A stretch of DNA of 64,000 nucleotides from Bacteroidales bacterium (GCA_016285085.1 JAEEQA010000003.1:110-64109), one strand, 5' to 3'; positions 25,197-35,312 are shown, numbered from the stretch's first letter. Notes: a model not told the origin generated them from the sequence alone. Translations and numbers: made by a program.

Positions 25197-25225
25197 TCAC
25201 GCACATTAACAATGGTCGTATTATT

Positions 25226-25255
25226 TGTAGAGACGTTTCATGAAACGTCTCTACA
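25226..25255. repeat. REP-like hairpin, GAGACG family
   Basis: TGTAGAGACGTTTCATGAAACGTCTCTACA, identical to 12356-12385. Confidence 0.9.
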
Positions 25256-25267
25256 ATCACACCGTGC

Positions 25268-26293
25268 CTATTTCTCCGTAATTTTCTTTAAATCATTAAT
25301 AAATGAATCGATATCGGCTTCGGTGGTGTCCCAAGAGGTCACCAAGCGGATTTCGTTCGTCTGCTCATCCCACACATAGAAGAAGTGGTTTTTCAGAAGC
25401 TGCTCCGTCACATCGGGGGCCAGTTTGAGGAGCAGGGTGTTGGCCTGCGTAGGCTGCGTGAATTCGAAGTTGCCCGTCTCTTCGATGCGGCGGCGGAGCA
25501 GCTGCGCCATCGCGTTGGCGTGCGCAGCATTCTTGTACAGAAGGTCGTTGTCGAAGTAGGCCAGAAACTGGGCGGCGACGTACCGCATCTTCGAGAAGAG
25601 CTGGGTGGTCTGCTTGCGGAGGTAGCGGAGCTCCGTGGCCAGTTCGGGACGGAGGGCGATGACGGCCTCGGCCATCATGCAGCCGTTCTTGGTGCCGCCG
25701 AAGCTGATGATGTCGGCCCCGCAGTCGGTGGTCAGCGCCCTGACGGTGGTGCCGAGGGCGACAGCCGCGTTGGCGAGGCGGGCGCCGTCGATGTGGAGGT
25801 ACATGCCGTAGGAGTGGACGAAATCGGCGAGGGCGCGGAGTTCATCTGGGGTATAGACGGTGCCCAATTCGGTAACTTCGGACACATAGACCACACGCGG
25901 TTGGGAGTGGTGCTCGAAGCCGAAGCCGTGGAGCAGCGGCCGGATGAGGTCGGGCGTGAGCTTGCCGTCGGGCGCGGGCACCTCCTTGACGGCAGCACCG
26001 GAGAGGTAGCCGGGGGCGTTGCACTCGTCCACGGCGATGTGGGCGGTGGCGGCGGCGATGATGGCATGGTAGGGGCGGCAGCAGGCCCGCATGGCGATGG
26101 TGTTGGCGCCGGTGCCGTTGAACACGAAGAAGGGTTCGGCCGTTTCACCGAAAACCTCCTTCAGGCGGTGCGTGGCGCGGAGGGTCCAGTCGTCATCACC
26201 GTAGGCGAGGGCGTGGTCGGCATTTGCATTGAGGATGGCCTCCATCACCTGCGGATGAACGCCTGAATTGTTGTCACTTCCGAAACTTCTCAT
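25268..26293 (-). CDS. ltaE: Low-specificity L-threonine aldolase (beta-eliminating lyase family)
   Basis: Start moved to ATG 26293 (MRSFGSDNNSG...), downstream of a TACCTTTG box. GGTKNG PLP-lysine region. Confidence 0.85.
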   Translation of the reverse strand: MRSFGSDNNSGVHPQVMEAILNANADHALAYGDDDWTLRATHRLKEVFGETAEPFFVFNGTGANTIAMRACCRPYHAIIAAATAHIAVDECNAPGYLSGAAVKEVPAPDGKLTPDLIRPLLHGFGFEHHSQPRVVYVSEVTELGTVYTPDELRALADFVHSYGMYLHIDGARLANAAVALGTTVRALTTDCGADIISFGGTKNGCMMAEAVIALRPELATELRYLRKQTTQLFSKMRYVAAQFLAYFDNDLLYKNAAHANAMAQLLRRRIEETGNFEFTQPTQANTLLLKLAPDVTEQLLKNHFFYVWDEQTNEIRLVTSWDTTEADIDSFINDLKKITEK

Positions 26294-26312
26294 AGTGGTT
26301 AGTTTTGGGCGG

Positions 26313-26320
26313 CAAAGGTA
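26313..26320 (-). promoter_or_regulatory. -7 box TACCTTTG upstream of ltaE
   Basis: 19 nt before ATG 26293. The repeat B3 array begins 10 nt further upstream. Confidence 0.55.
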
Positions 26321-26330
26321 CAACTTTTCG

Positions 26331-26443
26331 GGCTCGCTTACGCTCGCATTCTTTGATTCTGCTCACTGCGTTCGCATTTGGGCTCGCTGACGCGAACATT
26401 TGGGCAGGCTCACGCCTGCATTTTGCTCGCTGTGCTCGCATTT
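26331..26443. repeat. Repeat B, copy 3 (array part only, internally deleted)
   Basis: Units match B2 units 1, 2, a 3/5 fusion, 6 and 7. Lies immediately upstream of the ltaE promoter box. Confidence 0.8.
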
Positions 26444-26502
26444 CTTTCCACTTTTTCAACATTTTATTGTTTAAAAGCATCCTCTTTCCGAAAAATTAAT
26501 AG

Positions 26503-26510
26503 TACCTTTG
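26503..26510 (+). promoter_or_regulatory. -7 box TACCTTTG upstream of rpoD (long leader)
   Basis: 113 nt before ATG 26624. Confidence 0.5.
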
Positions 26511-26623
26511 CAAACTTTTTTCGCAAGGGTGTTTTTTCTTGTAACAAAATGCGAAAACAAGCCGTAAAATGGTCTGTTTGAACAAGATTTGGACAAAAAA
26601 TATTTAGAAACAAAATACTGAAT

Positions 26624-27487
26624 ATGAGACAATTAAACATTACCAAGCAGGTAACGAACCGTGAAACCGCCTCGTTGGACAAATATCTGCACGATATTGG
26701 CAAAGTGGAGCTGATTACCGCGGAAGAAGAGGTGGAATTAGCGCGAAAAATCAAGGACGGTGACCAGGAGGCATTGGAGAAACTCACCAAAGCGAACCTC
26801 CGTTTCGTCGTTTCCGTCGCCAAGCAGTACCAAAACCAGGGACTCAGCCTCCCCGACCTCATCAACGAGGGCAACCTCGGCCTCATCAAGGCAGCCCAGC
26901 GTTTCGATGAAACCCGCGGCTTCAAATTCATCTCCTACGCCGTATGGTGGATCCGCCAGTCCATTCTCCAAGCCCTGGCCGAACAGTCGCGTATCGTTCG
27001 TCTGCCGCTCAACAAGATCGGCACCATCAACAAGATCAACAAGGCCTACGCCTATTTGGAACAGGAGTACGAGCGCGAACCCCGCGCCGATGAAATCGCT
27101 GCCCTGCTCGACATCACCGAGTCGGAGGTGAAAGATTCAATGCGCAACTCCTCCCGCCACCTCTCCATGGATGCCTCCCTCACACAGGACAAGGACAACA
27201 ACATGTACGACGTCCTCAAGTCGGAAGACTCCCCCACCCCGGACAAAGGCCTTCTGTACGAGTCGCTGAAACAAGAAATCAACCGCACCATCTCCACGCT
27301 CCCGCAGCGCGAAGCCGACATCATCAAACTGTACTTCGGACTCGACAGCAAGCACCCGATGACCCTCGAGGAAATCGGTGAGAAATTCGACCTCACCCGC
27401 GAACGCGTCCGCCAGATCAAGGAGAAGGCCATCCGCCGCCTCAAGAATCAGGCGAAATGCAAGAACCTCAAGGCCTATTTGGGGTAA
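26624..27487 (+). CDS. rpoD: RNA polymerase primary sigma factor
   Basis: 287 aa. Sigma-70 regions 2-4 ([36 protein letters not shown]). The size is typical of Bacteroidota sigma-A. Confidence 0.95.
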   Translation: MRQLNITKQVTNRETASLDKYLHDIGKVELITAEEEVELARKIKDGDQEALEKLTKANLRFVVSVAKQYQNQGLSLPDLINEGNLGLIKAAQRFDETRGFKFISYAVWWIRQSILQALAEQSRIVRLPLNKIGTINKINKAYAYLEQEYEREPRADEIAALLDITESEVKDSMRNSSRHLSMDASLTQDKDNNMYDVLKSEDSPTPDKGLLYESLKQEINRTISTLPQREADIIKLYFGLDSKHPMTLEEIGEKFDLTRERVRQIKEKAIRRLKNQAKCKNLKAYLG

Positions 27488-27521
27488 ATATTTAACAGAC
27501 AATTTATTACAAAATCCTATT

Positions 27522-27557
27522 TGTAGAGACGCAAAATTTTGCGTCTCTACATTTTTT
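27522..27557 (+). terminator. rpoD intrinsic terminator (REP-like GAGACG hairpin + T6)
   Basis: TGTAGAGACGCAAAATTTTGCGTCTCTACA followed by TTTTTT. Confidence 0.8.
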
Positions 27558-27627
27558 ATGGAAACCACCGCCATTATTTTTGTGGGGACCACCATCATTT
27601 ATATGTAAACCCAATCAATATTTTTCG

Positions 27628-27635
27628 TACCTTTG
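27628..27635 (+). promoter_or_regulatory. -7 box TACCTTTG upstream of valS
   Basis: 28 nt before ATG 27664. Confidence 0.55.
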
Positions 27636-27663
27636 CCCGCTTTTTATACAATATTATATAAAG

Positions 27664-30372
27664 ATGGAAATTGCTACAAAGTACGAACCGCAACTGATTG
27701 AAGACAAATGGTATAGCTTTTGGATGGAACACAAGTTGTTCGCCTCCAAACCCGATGGAAGACCTGCTTATTCCGTGGTAATCCCCCCGCCGAACGTAAC
27801 GGGCGTGCTGCACATGGGGCACATGCTTAACAATACGATACAGGATATTCTGGTGCGCCGCGCCCGCATGATGGGCTTCAACGCCTGCTGGGTGCCCGGC
27901 ACCGACCACGCCTCCATCGCCACCGAGTCGAAGGTGGTGGCCAAACTCGCCAAAGAAGGCATCAAGAAATCGGACCTCACCCGCGAGCAGTTCCTCCAGC
28001 ACGCATGGCAATGGAAAGAGGAACACGGCGGCGTGATTCTGGAACAGCTGAAAAAACTCGGCGCCTCATGCGACTGGGACCGCACCGCGTTCACCATGGA
28101 CGAGGTCCGCAGCCAGTCAGTGCTGAAAGTGTTTGTTGATTTATATCGCAAGGGCTTGATTTACCGCGGACTGCGTATGGTCAATTGGGACCCGAAGGCG
28201 CAGACCGTGTTGAGCACCGAAGAGGTCATCTACCGTCAGGAGAAGAGCAAGCTCTACTACCTGCGCTACTATGTGGCCGACGCCGACGAAAACCCGGTGA
28301 AACCCACCGGCTTGGAAGGCGAAATCCTGCACAAGGACGACAAGGGCTACTACGCTGTGGTGGCCACCACCCGCCCCGAAACCATCATGGGCGACACCGC
28401 CATGTGCATCAACCCGAAGGACCCGAAGAACCAGTGGCTGCGCGGCCACAAGGTGATTGTGCCGCTCGTGGGACGCGTCGTTCCCGTCATCGAGGACCGC
28501 TATGTGGACATCGAGTTCGGTACAGGCTGCCTGAAAGTGACGCCCGCCCACGACATCAACGACTACGCCCTCGGCCAGACACACCATCTGGAGACCATCG
28601 ACATCTTCAATCCCGACGGCACGCTGTCGGAGGCCGCCGGTCTCTACGTCGGCCAAGACCGCATGGACGTGCGCAAGCAGATCGTCATCGACCTGAAAGC
28701 CGCCGACCTGATGGAGAAGATCGAGGATTACGACAACAAGGTGGGCTACTCGGAACGCAACCAGGACACCGCCGTAGAGCCGCGTCTTTGCAAGCAGTGG
28801 TTCCTCTCCATGAAGCACTTCGCCGAAATCGCCCTGCCGCCCGTCCTCGAAGGCAAGATCCAATTCCACCCCAACAAATACGTGACCACCTACCGCAACT
28901 GGCTGGAGAACATCCAAGACTGGTGCATCAGCCGCCAGCTCTGGTGGGGGCACCGCATTCCGGCGTACTTCCTGCCGACGGCGGAGGACGAGGAGGAGAA
29001 GTTTGTAGTGGCGCTCACCGACGAGGAGGCGCTGGCCGAAGCCCGCAAGATCAAAGGTTACGAGAACATCACCGCCGAGCAGCTCCGTCATGATGAGGAC
29101 GCCCTCGACACATGGTTCTCGTCGTGGCTGTGGCCCATCTCGCTTTTCGACGGCATCAACAACCCCGGCAACCCCGAAATCAACTACTACTACCCGACCA
29201 ACGACCTCGTGACCGGCCCCGACATCATCTTCTTCTGGGTGGCCCGCATGATCATGGCCGGCGAAGAATACCTGAATGACATCCCGTTCCGCAACGTCTA
29301 TTTCACCGGCATTGTGCGCGACAACCTCGGGCGCAAGATGTCGAAATCGCTCGGCAACTCGCCCGATCCCATCATGCTGATGGAGAAATACGGTTCCGAC
29401 GGTGTGCGCGTGGGCATGCTGCTCTGCTCGCCCGCCGGCAACGACCTGCTGTTCGACGAAGGTCTGTGCGGACAAGGCCGCAACTTCAGCAACAAGATCT
29501 GGAACGCATTCCGCCTCATCAAGGGGTGGCAGGTGGAAGAGAACCTGGCACAGCCGCTGCACACGAAGGCCGCCATCGAGTGGTTCAACTGCCGTCTGCA
29601 AGAAGTGCTGGGCGAAATCAACGACCATTTCGACAAGTTCCGCATCTCCGACGCGCTGATGGCCACCTACAAGCTCATCTGGGACGACTTCTGCTCCTAC
29701 TTCCTGGAGATCGTGAAACCCGCCTACCAGCAGCCCATCGACGGCAAGAGCTACAGCGACATCCTCGACATCTTCGAGAACCTGATGAAGATGCTGCACC
29801 CGTTCATGCCGTTCCTCACCGAGGAGTTGTGGCACGGGCTGAAAGAGCGCGGCGAGAACGAATCCATCATGGTGAGCCAGCTGCCGAAGTGGGACGAAGC
29901 CAAAGCGAAAAGCGACATCCTCACCCGTTTCACCGCCATGCAAAAGGTGGTGGAGGGCGTACGCCGTGTCCGCAACGACCGCAACATCGCCCCCAAGAAT
30001 GCACTGGACCTCCTCGTATTAAAGAAGGATGCGCCCGATGCAGAGATGGACGCCATCATCACGAAGCTGTGCAACCTCTCTTCCATCCAGTACGTTACGG
30101 AAAAAGTCAGCGGGGCATGCTCGTTCATTGAGAACAACACCGAGTACCTCATCCCGATGGCCCAGAACATCAACACGGAGGAAGAACTGAAAAAATTACA
30201 GGCCGACCTCGACTATGCCGAGAAGTTCCTCAAATCGGTGATGGGCAAGCTGTCGAACGAGCGTTTTGTCAACAATGCACCGGAACAGGTGGTGGCGGTG
30301 GAACGCAAGAAGAAGGCCGACGCGGAGGAGAAGATCCGGATTCTGAAGGAGAAAATTGCGGAATTACAATAA
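27664..30372 (+). CDS. valS: Valine--tRNA ligase
   Basis: Start moved to ATG 27664 ([10 protein letters not shown]...). HIGH-type (LHMGH) and KMSKS motifs. C-terminal coiled coil. Confidence 0.97.
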   Translation: MEIATKYEPQLIEDKWYSFWMEHKLFASKPDGRPAYSVVIPPPNVTGVLHMGHMLNNTIQDILVRRARMMGFNACWVPGTDHASIATESKVVAKLAKEGIKKSDLTREQFLQHAWQWKEEHGGVILEQLKKLGASCDWDRTAFTMDEVRSQSVLKVFVDLYRKGLIYRGLRMVNWDPKAQTVLSTEEVIYRQEKSKLYYLRYYVADADENPVKPTGLEGEILHKDDKGYYAVVATTRPETIMGDTAMCINPKDPKNQWLRGHKVIVPLVGRVVPVIEDRYVDIEFGTGCLKVTPAHDINDYALGQTHHLETIDIFNPDGTLSEAAGLYVGQDRMDVRKQIVIDLKAADLMEKIEDYDNKVGYSERNQDTAVEPRLCKQWFLSMKHFAEIALPPVLEGKIQFHPNKYVTTYRNWLENIQDWCISRQLWWGHRIPAYFLPTAEDEEEKFVVALTDEEALAEARKIKGYENITAEQLRHDEDALDTWFSSWLWPISLFDGINNPGNPEINYYYPTNDLVTGPDIIFFWVARMIMAGEEYLNDIPFRNVYFTGIVRDNLGRKMSKSLGNSPDPIMLMEKYGSDGVRVGMLLCSPAGNDLLFDEGLCGQGRNFSNKIWNAFRLIKGWQVEENLAQPLHTKAAIEWFNCRLQEVLGEINDHFDKFRISDALMATYKLIWDDFCSYFLEIVKPAYQQPIDGKSYSDILDIFENLMKMLHPFMPFLTEELWHGLKERGENESIMVSQLPKWDEAKAKSDILTRFTAMQKVVEGVRRVRNDRNIAPKNALDLLVLKKDAPDAEMDAIITKLCNLSSIQYVTEKVSGACSFIENNTEYLIPMAQNINTEEELKKLQADLDYAEKFLKSVMGKLSNERFVNNAPEQVVAVERKKKADAEEKIRILKEKIAELQ

Positions 30373-30381
30373 ATGTACCCT

Positions 30382-30412
30382 TGTAGAGACGCCTTAATAT
30401 GACGTCTCTACA
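30382..30412. repeat. REP-like hairpin, GAGACG family
   Basis: TGTAGAGACG-ccttaatatga-CGTCTCTACA. Lies 10 nt after the valS stop. Confidence 0.85.
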
Positions 30413-30427
30413 GAAACGAACGAACAA

Positions 30428-30625
30428 ATGAAAAACATTCTGAAGGATTTGTTACGGCTTGTGATCATCATCGTGGTTTTGTGCGCGGTGGTCTATTTCA
30501 TGGAGCCCTCCGGCTTCGCCGGCAAAAGCGACATTCTATATGGCGTGGTCGGCGGCGGTGTGACGGCCTTCATTGCGATGTACATCTTCAAAAAAATCAA
30601 AGAAAAAAAGAAAGAAAATCAATAA
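30428..30625 (+). CDS. Hypothetical small membrane protein (65 aa)
   Basis: ORF track. Two hydrophobic helices and a Lys-rich tail. Confidence 0.35.
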   Translation: MKNILKDLLRLVIIIVVLCAVVYFMEPSGFAGKSDILYGVVGGGVTAFIAMYIFKKIKEKKKENQ

Positions 30626-30690
30626 AAGTTGCAGCGTTTTTGAAAAGTCTGCGTCAAGGAAAGCGTTGAAATCATTTAAAACACCAAAAT

Positions 30691-31137
30691 ATGAAAAAAA
30701 TCATCTTATTAGCAGCGACTATCTGTCTGTGCATGAATATTTTCGCACAGAAATCAGCCAACAGCATCAAGTATGAGGGGGCATTGGCGCAAGCCATCAC
30801 CCAAGAGCGTTACAACAAGCTTTTGAGCGAAAGCCCGTCGAAGTTGGTGGCGACCTACTACGAAGTCACAAAATTCTGCTATGTTTCAAACCAGCTTCCG
30901 GAAAGCGCCCGCGTGATGGGCGACCTCTGCGACTACATTTCCCCGAATGAGGTTTGCGACGATGCGGCGACGGTGACAAGTACAAAACAGATCAATCCCC
31001 GCAAATACACGATGACCCGTGACGACATCCGTTACAACGCTTACGCCATCGGCAGCACCGGCTACTACGTCATCGTCTATCCGACTGACGTTTACCAAAA
31101 GAACTACACCTCATTTATGAAAGAGTACGGGTTCTAA
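30691..31137 (+). CDS. Hypothetical secreted protein (148 aa)
   Basis: Signal peptide MKKIILLAATICLCMNIFAQ. No family recognised. Confidence 0.5.
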   Translation: MKKIILLAATICLCMNIFAQKSANSIKYEGALAQAITQERYNKLLSESPSKLVATYYEVTKFCYVSNQLPESARVMGDLCDYISPNEVCDDAATVTSTKQINPRKYTMTRDDIRYNAYAIGSTGYYVIVYPTDVYQKNYTSFMKEYGF

Positions 31138-31143
31138 CAAGGT

Positions 31144-31171
31144 GAAATTTGAAAATTGAAAACTGAAAATT
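31144..31171 (+). repeat. Heptad repeat GAAAWYT x4 upstream of T9SS cargo gene
   Basis: gaaattt gaaaatt gaaaact gaaaatt. Confidence 0.8.
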
Positions 31172-31179
31172 TTATAGAT

Positions 31180-34050
31180 ATGAAAAAGATAGTTTCCTTA
31201 TTGGTTCTTTTTGTGGCTGTCGCCACGGCGGCTTTCGCCCAGACACAGTACACGATGGGGGTGAGTGGGACCGACATCACCACCTGCGACGCCTACATTT
31301 ATGACAACGGCGGCGAGAGCGGCAACTACGGCACAGGGCGTGACGACTGGATGACCATCCATCCGACCGGTGGTGCAGTTACCATCCGCTTTGTGGAATT
31401 TGACGTGGCCGAAACCGATACATTGTACGTGTACAACGGCACGGACCCGAACAACGACAGCGTACCGCTGATGATCGGCTCCCTGGCCACCTTCTGGGTC
31501 AACGAGAGCAACACCATCCAGGTGGGCGACCAGGAAGCGTCTGCCACCATCCAGAACCCGACGGGTGCGCTGACCCTTCACTTCGTGTCTGCCGCAAACT
31601 CGGAGACACGCTCCGGCTTCGCGCTGTTGGTGAGTTGCGCCCAGCCGTGCCAGCGTCTGCACGCCCGCATCGACTTCGCGAACTCTGTGCCCACCCCGCA
31701 CTTTGACACCGAACTGAACGACGGGTACTACTATGTGGACTTCTGTCCCGGCGACACCATCCATATTGCCGCCACCGCCGACTATCCCGACAATGACTAC
31801 AGCTACCACCAGGATGTGACCACCACCTACTTCGACTGGAGTTTCGGACAGAGCGGCTACGGCCAGACTGACCTCTACTACGTTTTTAACCCAGGCCAAG
31901 GTTACGACCTCACCCTCTCCCTTCGCGAACAACACAACGGGAACCTCTGCTACGGACAGACCCCTGTGGCCATCCGCATCCGCGGATCGCAAGACCCATT
32001 CAATCATGCCTCGCTTTTGGACGATGTGTGCCAGGGCACCGAGATTCCGCTCCTGATCAGTATGGACAGTGCTGCCACCATCATGGTTAATCCCGTGGGA
32101 AGCACACAAGAGTCCAGCCTTGCCGTTGACTCTGTCGTGTTCATTCCCGACGGCCCGAACTGCTCCACCCAATGCTATAGTTCTTCCGTCAACTTCACCT
32201 CCTTCCCGCCCAACGCCAGCATCACCTCTGCTTCCGACATCTTAGGTGTACGCCTCAACATCGAGCACTCCTTCATCGGCGACATCAACATTTCCCTGAT
32301 TTGCCCGAATAACCGCTCCGTGCTGCTGCTGCCCGACCACTGCGGAAACCTTTCCAACAGCATATCCAATGCCTCCTACCTGGGACTCTACTACGAGCCC
32401 GATGGAAGCAACTGTAATGCCGCTGACAATGTCCAGGGTACCGGTTGGAACTACTGCTGGAGCGAGAACCCCACATACGCACAATCCAGTGGTTACATTT
32501 ATGCTTCCGGAAACCTGGGACACGATCACTCCAGCACCGTGGACTCCTCACACGTGGCTCACGGCTATCCCGGACAAGGCGGCTTCGTGCAGGGACAGCA
32601 ATACTACACACCTCACCAGTCTTTCAGCAACCTCGTAGGCTGCCCGCTCAATGGACTGTGGCAAATCCAGGTGTGCGACACATGGGGATCTGACAATGGT
32701 TATGTTTTCAGCTGGGAGTTGACCCTCGACCCCAACCTTATGCCGCAGGACTGGACCTACAGCGTCGATCTCACCGGCATCAACTGGGCTGGCGGTAACA
32801 TCGTCCCCACTTCCGACTCCACCGCCTCCATCATTACCGACCAACCCGGCGACTACAACTACATCTTCACCCTCATCGACGAGTACGGCTGCGAATACCC
32901 GCACGAAATGCCCCTGAAGGTGGTGCAGCAGCCCGAATTCAACGTCACCAGCCAGTACATCTGCGAAGGTGAAACGGCCACCTTGGATCCGCAATTTGAA
33001 TACGTCGGCACCCCCGGCCTCATCGAATATGTGTGGACTAATTCGGAGACCGCCACAAACGTCGGTAACGATGCCACCCTTAACATCAACCAGAACGGTA
33101 CCTACAGCCTCTGCATCAACACCTTCAACAACGACCACAGCCTCACCTGCTCGAAGTGCGACACCGCCGAGGTAATCTTCAACCCGCAGCCCATCGTTTC
33201 CTTCTCGGCCAACCTTCTTGAGAACTGCTCCCCGCTCAACACCACGCTGACACCCACTGTCACCTTCACCGACGGACTGCCCCATACGGATGATGTTACC
33301 CTCACCTACACATGGACCATCACTGACACGTACGGAAATGTCGTCTCGACCTACAACACGGCAAGTCCTCAGGTGACCATACAGGATGCCGGTATCTATA
33401 CCGTCCATCTCTATGTGGAGACACAGAACGGTTGCTACGATTCCCTCACCCGTCCCAACTACCTCACCGTTTACGCCCAACCCATTTCCGACTTCGTTTC
33501 CAACCCCGAACGCACCAACCTCGGTGAAGGCGGCACCATCGCTTTCATCAACATAACCGACGTGAGCGTGTTCGCAGAAAACGATGTTATCCACTGGACA
33601 TGGAACTATGGCGAAGGTGACGAGACTCACGACGTCAACGGCGAACACCAATACACCCAGTGGGGCGAATATACCGTCACCCTTTCTGTGGAAACCGAAC
33701 AAGGCTGCCAAAGCTCCGTCAGCCATGTCGTCTATATCGAAGCCGACCTCATCTTCCCCAACATCATCACGCCTAACGGCGATGGAAAGAACGACGTTTT
33801 CGCTATCAAGAACATGAACCCGCTGATGCCCAACATCCTTTCCATCTACGACCGCTGGGGCAAAAAGGTCTATGAGAAACAGAATTACCAGACCTACGCC
33901 CGTGAAGGCGACCCGCAGATCTACAACGAGAGCGACGGCTTCAGCGCCGACAAACTCTCCGACGGTGTCTATTACTACACCTTCCACTATGAAGGCTACA
34001 CCAAAGCCGTCGATTACCACGGAACACTTACCGTCATCCGCGACAAATAG
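31180..34050 (+). CDS. T9SS type-B cargo protein with CUB-like, proprotein-convertase P-domain-like and PKD-like domains
   Basis: Start moved to ATG 31180 (MKKIVSLLVLFVAVATAAFAQ). LNIEHSFIGDINISLICPNN P-domain-like segment. C-terminal gliding-motility-type sorting domain (FPNIITPNGDGKNDVF...YDRWGKKVY...GVYYY). Confidence 0.75.
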   Translation: MKKIVSLLVLFVAVATAAFAQTQYTMGVSGTDITTCDAYIYDNGGESGNYGTGRDDWMTIHPTGGAVTIRFVEFDVAETDTLYVYNGTDPNNDSVPLMIGSLATFWVNESNTIQVGDQEASATIQNPTGALTLHFVSAANSETRSGFALLVSCAQPCQRLHARIDFANSVPTPHFDTELNDGYYYVDFCPGDTIHIAATADYPDNDYSYHQDVTTTYFDWSFGQSGYGQTDLYYVFNPGQGYDLTLSLREQHNGNLCYGQTPVAIRIRGSQDPFNHASLLDDVCQGTEIPLLISMDSAATIMVNPVGSTQESSLAVDSVVFIPDGPNCSTQCYSSSVNFTSFPPNASITSASDILGVRLNIEHSFIGDINISLICPNNRSVLLLPDHCGNLSNSISNASYLGLYYEPDGSNCNAADNVQGTGWNYCWSENPTYAQSSGYIYASGNLGHDHSSTVDSSHVAHGYPGQGGFVQGQQYYTPHQSFSNLVGCPLNGLWQIQVCDTWGSDNGYVFSWELTLDPNLMPQDWTYSVDLTGINWAGGNIVPTSDSTASIITDQPGDYNYIFTLIDEYGCEYPHEMPLKVVQQPEFNVTSQYICEGETATLDPQFEYVGTPGLIEYVWTNSETATNVGNDATLNINQNGTYSLCINTFNNDHSLTCSKCDTAEVIFNPQPIVSFSANLLENCSPLNTTLTPTVTFTDGLPHTDDVTLTYTWTITDTYGNVVSTYNTASPQVTIQDAGIYTVHLYVETQNGCYDSLTRPNYLTVYAQPISDFVSNPERTNLGEGGTIAFINITDVSVFAENDVIHWTWNYGEGDETHDVNGEHQYTQWGEYTVTLSVETEQGCQSSVSHVVYIEADLIFPNIITPNGDGKNDVFAIKNMNPLMPNILSIYDRWGKKVYEKQNYQTYAREGDPQIYNESDGFSADKLSDGVYYYTFHYEGYTKAVDYHGTLTVIRDK

Positions 34051-34077
34051 TCCGGTAAATTTCTGATAAAAACAAAA

Positions 34078-34111
34078 GAGGATGGAAGCAGGTGCTTCCA
34101 TCCTCTTTTTT
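34078..34111 (+). terminator. Intrinsic terminator after T9SS cargo gene
   Basis: GAGGATGGAAGC-aggt-GCTTCCATCCTC followed by TTTTTT. Confidence 0.85.
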
Positions 34112-34194
34112 ATCCCCCGTCAACAATAACACCATTTCGCTTGCCATGAGGCAGGTTTAGCCCCTTATGACTTTTATCAACAATCGGTGCATGC

Positions 34195-34220
34195 AGAGAC
34201 GGTGCATGCACTGTCTCTAC
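34195..34220. repeat. REP-like hairpin, GAGACG family (degenerate)
   Basis: AGAGACGGTGCA/TGCACTGTCTCT followed by AC. One G-T pair. Confidence 0.7.
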
Positions 34221-34241
34221 AACAGAAAATTGCGGAAACAT

Positions 34242-34275
34242 AAAAAGAAAACTGCCGCCTTGTGAGCGACAGTTT
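34242..34275 (-). terminator. rpmB intrinsic terminator
   Basis: Minus strand AAACTGTCGC-tcacaag-GCGGCAGTTT followed by TCTTTTT. Confidence 0.6.
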
Positions 34276-34303
34276 CCCTTTCATAAAATCCCAAACAAAA
34301 ATT

Positions 34304-34537
34304 TTATAAAACCCCTTTTTTATCTGCTTTCAAAATAGTGTTCCAAACACCGTTCTTGCTCATTTCACGCATGCCTTTTGCAGAAACTTTCAGCACTACC
34401 CATTCTCCGATTTCAGGAACGAAGAACTTCTTGGTGTGAAGGTTGGGTTTGAACACTCTTTTCGTCTTGATATTGGAATGGGAAACATTGTTTCCGACCA
34501 TTGCTTTTTTTCCGGTAATTTGACAAACTCTTGACAT
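34304..34537 (-). CDS. rpmB: 50S ribosomal protein bL28
   Basis: 77 aa. [11 protein letters not shown]...GNNVSHSN signature. Confidence 0.95.
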   Translation of the reverse strand: MSRVCQITGKKAMVGNNVSHSNIKTKRVFKPNLHTKKFFVPEIGEWVVLKVSAKGMREMSKNGVWNTILKADKKGVL

Positions 34538-34574
34538 CTCTCTTGTGTTTTAAATTTCTCCTTGAATGAGGGCG

Positions 34575-34582
34575 CAAAAATA
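34575..34582 (-). promoter_or_regulatory. -7 box TATTTTTG upstream of rpmB
   Basis: 37 nt before ATG 34537. Confidence 0.55.
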
Positions 34583-34604
34583 CAACTATTTTTTATATCT
34601 GCAA

Positions 34605-35306
34605 CTACTTTTTTCCTTTTTCAGAAAATAATTTATCAAACAACTCTATATCAGAATGATAAGTTAGTTTTCTATTGAAAATATCACCCTCTACACAACA
34701 AATTTTTACATCGGGCAAATAGGTCAAAACAAGTCCACAATCATCTGTAACACAAATATTTGAATCTTCAAAAGCCATCTCAAAGGCTTTCCGGAGCAAC
34801 GGCAGGTGGAAGGCCTGTGGGGTCTGCACAAATCGGAATTTTTTCCGCTCAGGCACGCACTTTATACAGCTTTCGTCCACCTCCACGAGGGTGTCGCTGA
34901 GGGGGATCACCGGGGCGGCGCCTTCCGCCGAACGCAATGCCTGTGCCAGCCTTCCTATCAACTCCGCTGTGACGAACGGACGGGCAGCATCGTGGATGAA
35001 AAGATTGCCCTCCAGCCCCGCGCACGCCTTTACCGCTTCATAGGAAGAAAGGTACCGTTCCGCACCACCCGCGATCGTCAGGTCCCACTTGCGGTAAGCG
35101 CCCTCGCACCGCATCGCCTCCAGCTTGCCGATGTAATCAGGATGCGACACCACGATGACACGGTCAATGTCGGGACTGTTTTCAAAGACATCAATGGTGC
35201 GCAGGATCATCGGCTTGCCGCCCAAATCCACGAACTGCTTCGGCATTCCCGCCTCCGCCCGTTGACCGACACCTCCGGATAATATGGCTGCGATGTTCAT
35301 AGACAA
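34605..35306 (-). CDS. ispD: 2-C-methyl-D-erythritol 4-phosphate cytidylyltransferase
   Basis: 233 aa. AAILSGGVGQR...PKQF N-terminal motif. Confidence 0.9.
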   Translation of the reverse strand: MSMNIAAILSGGVGQRAEAGMPKQFVDLGGKPMILRTIDVFENSPDIDRVIVVSHPDYIGKLEAMRCEGAYRKWDLTIAGGAERYLSSYEAVKACAGLEGNLFIHDAARPFVTAELIGRLAQALRSAEGAAPVIPLSDTLVEVDESCIKCVPERKKFRFVQTPQAFHLPLLRKAFEMAFEDSNICVTDDCGLVLTYLPDVKICCVEGDIFNRKLTYHSDIELFDKLFSEKGKK

Positions 35307-35312
35307 ATATTT

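Larger units (their letters stand above)
25022..25262 (-). repeat. Repeat C, copy 2
   Basis: Aligns with 21489-21760. Lies between the ltaE stop and the OMP paralog 3 ATG. Confidence 0.85.

Noticed and set aside
28141-29943. 600-aa minus-strand ORF antisense to valS, and similar long antisense or alternate-frame ORFs (for example 32548..34101, 18379..19635, 13868..14914, 10808..11725, 21733..22647, 25385..26266, 51187..52197, 57933..58649)
   Set aside because: These are shadow ORFs typical of GC-rich coding regions. They fully overlap genes with clear conserved motifs, and their products are G/V/A/D/H/R-rich with no recognisable domains.
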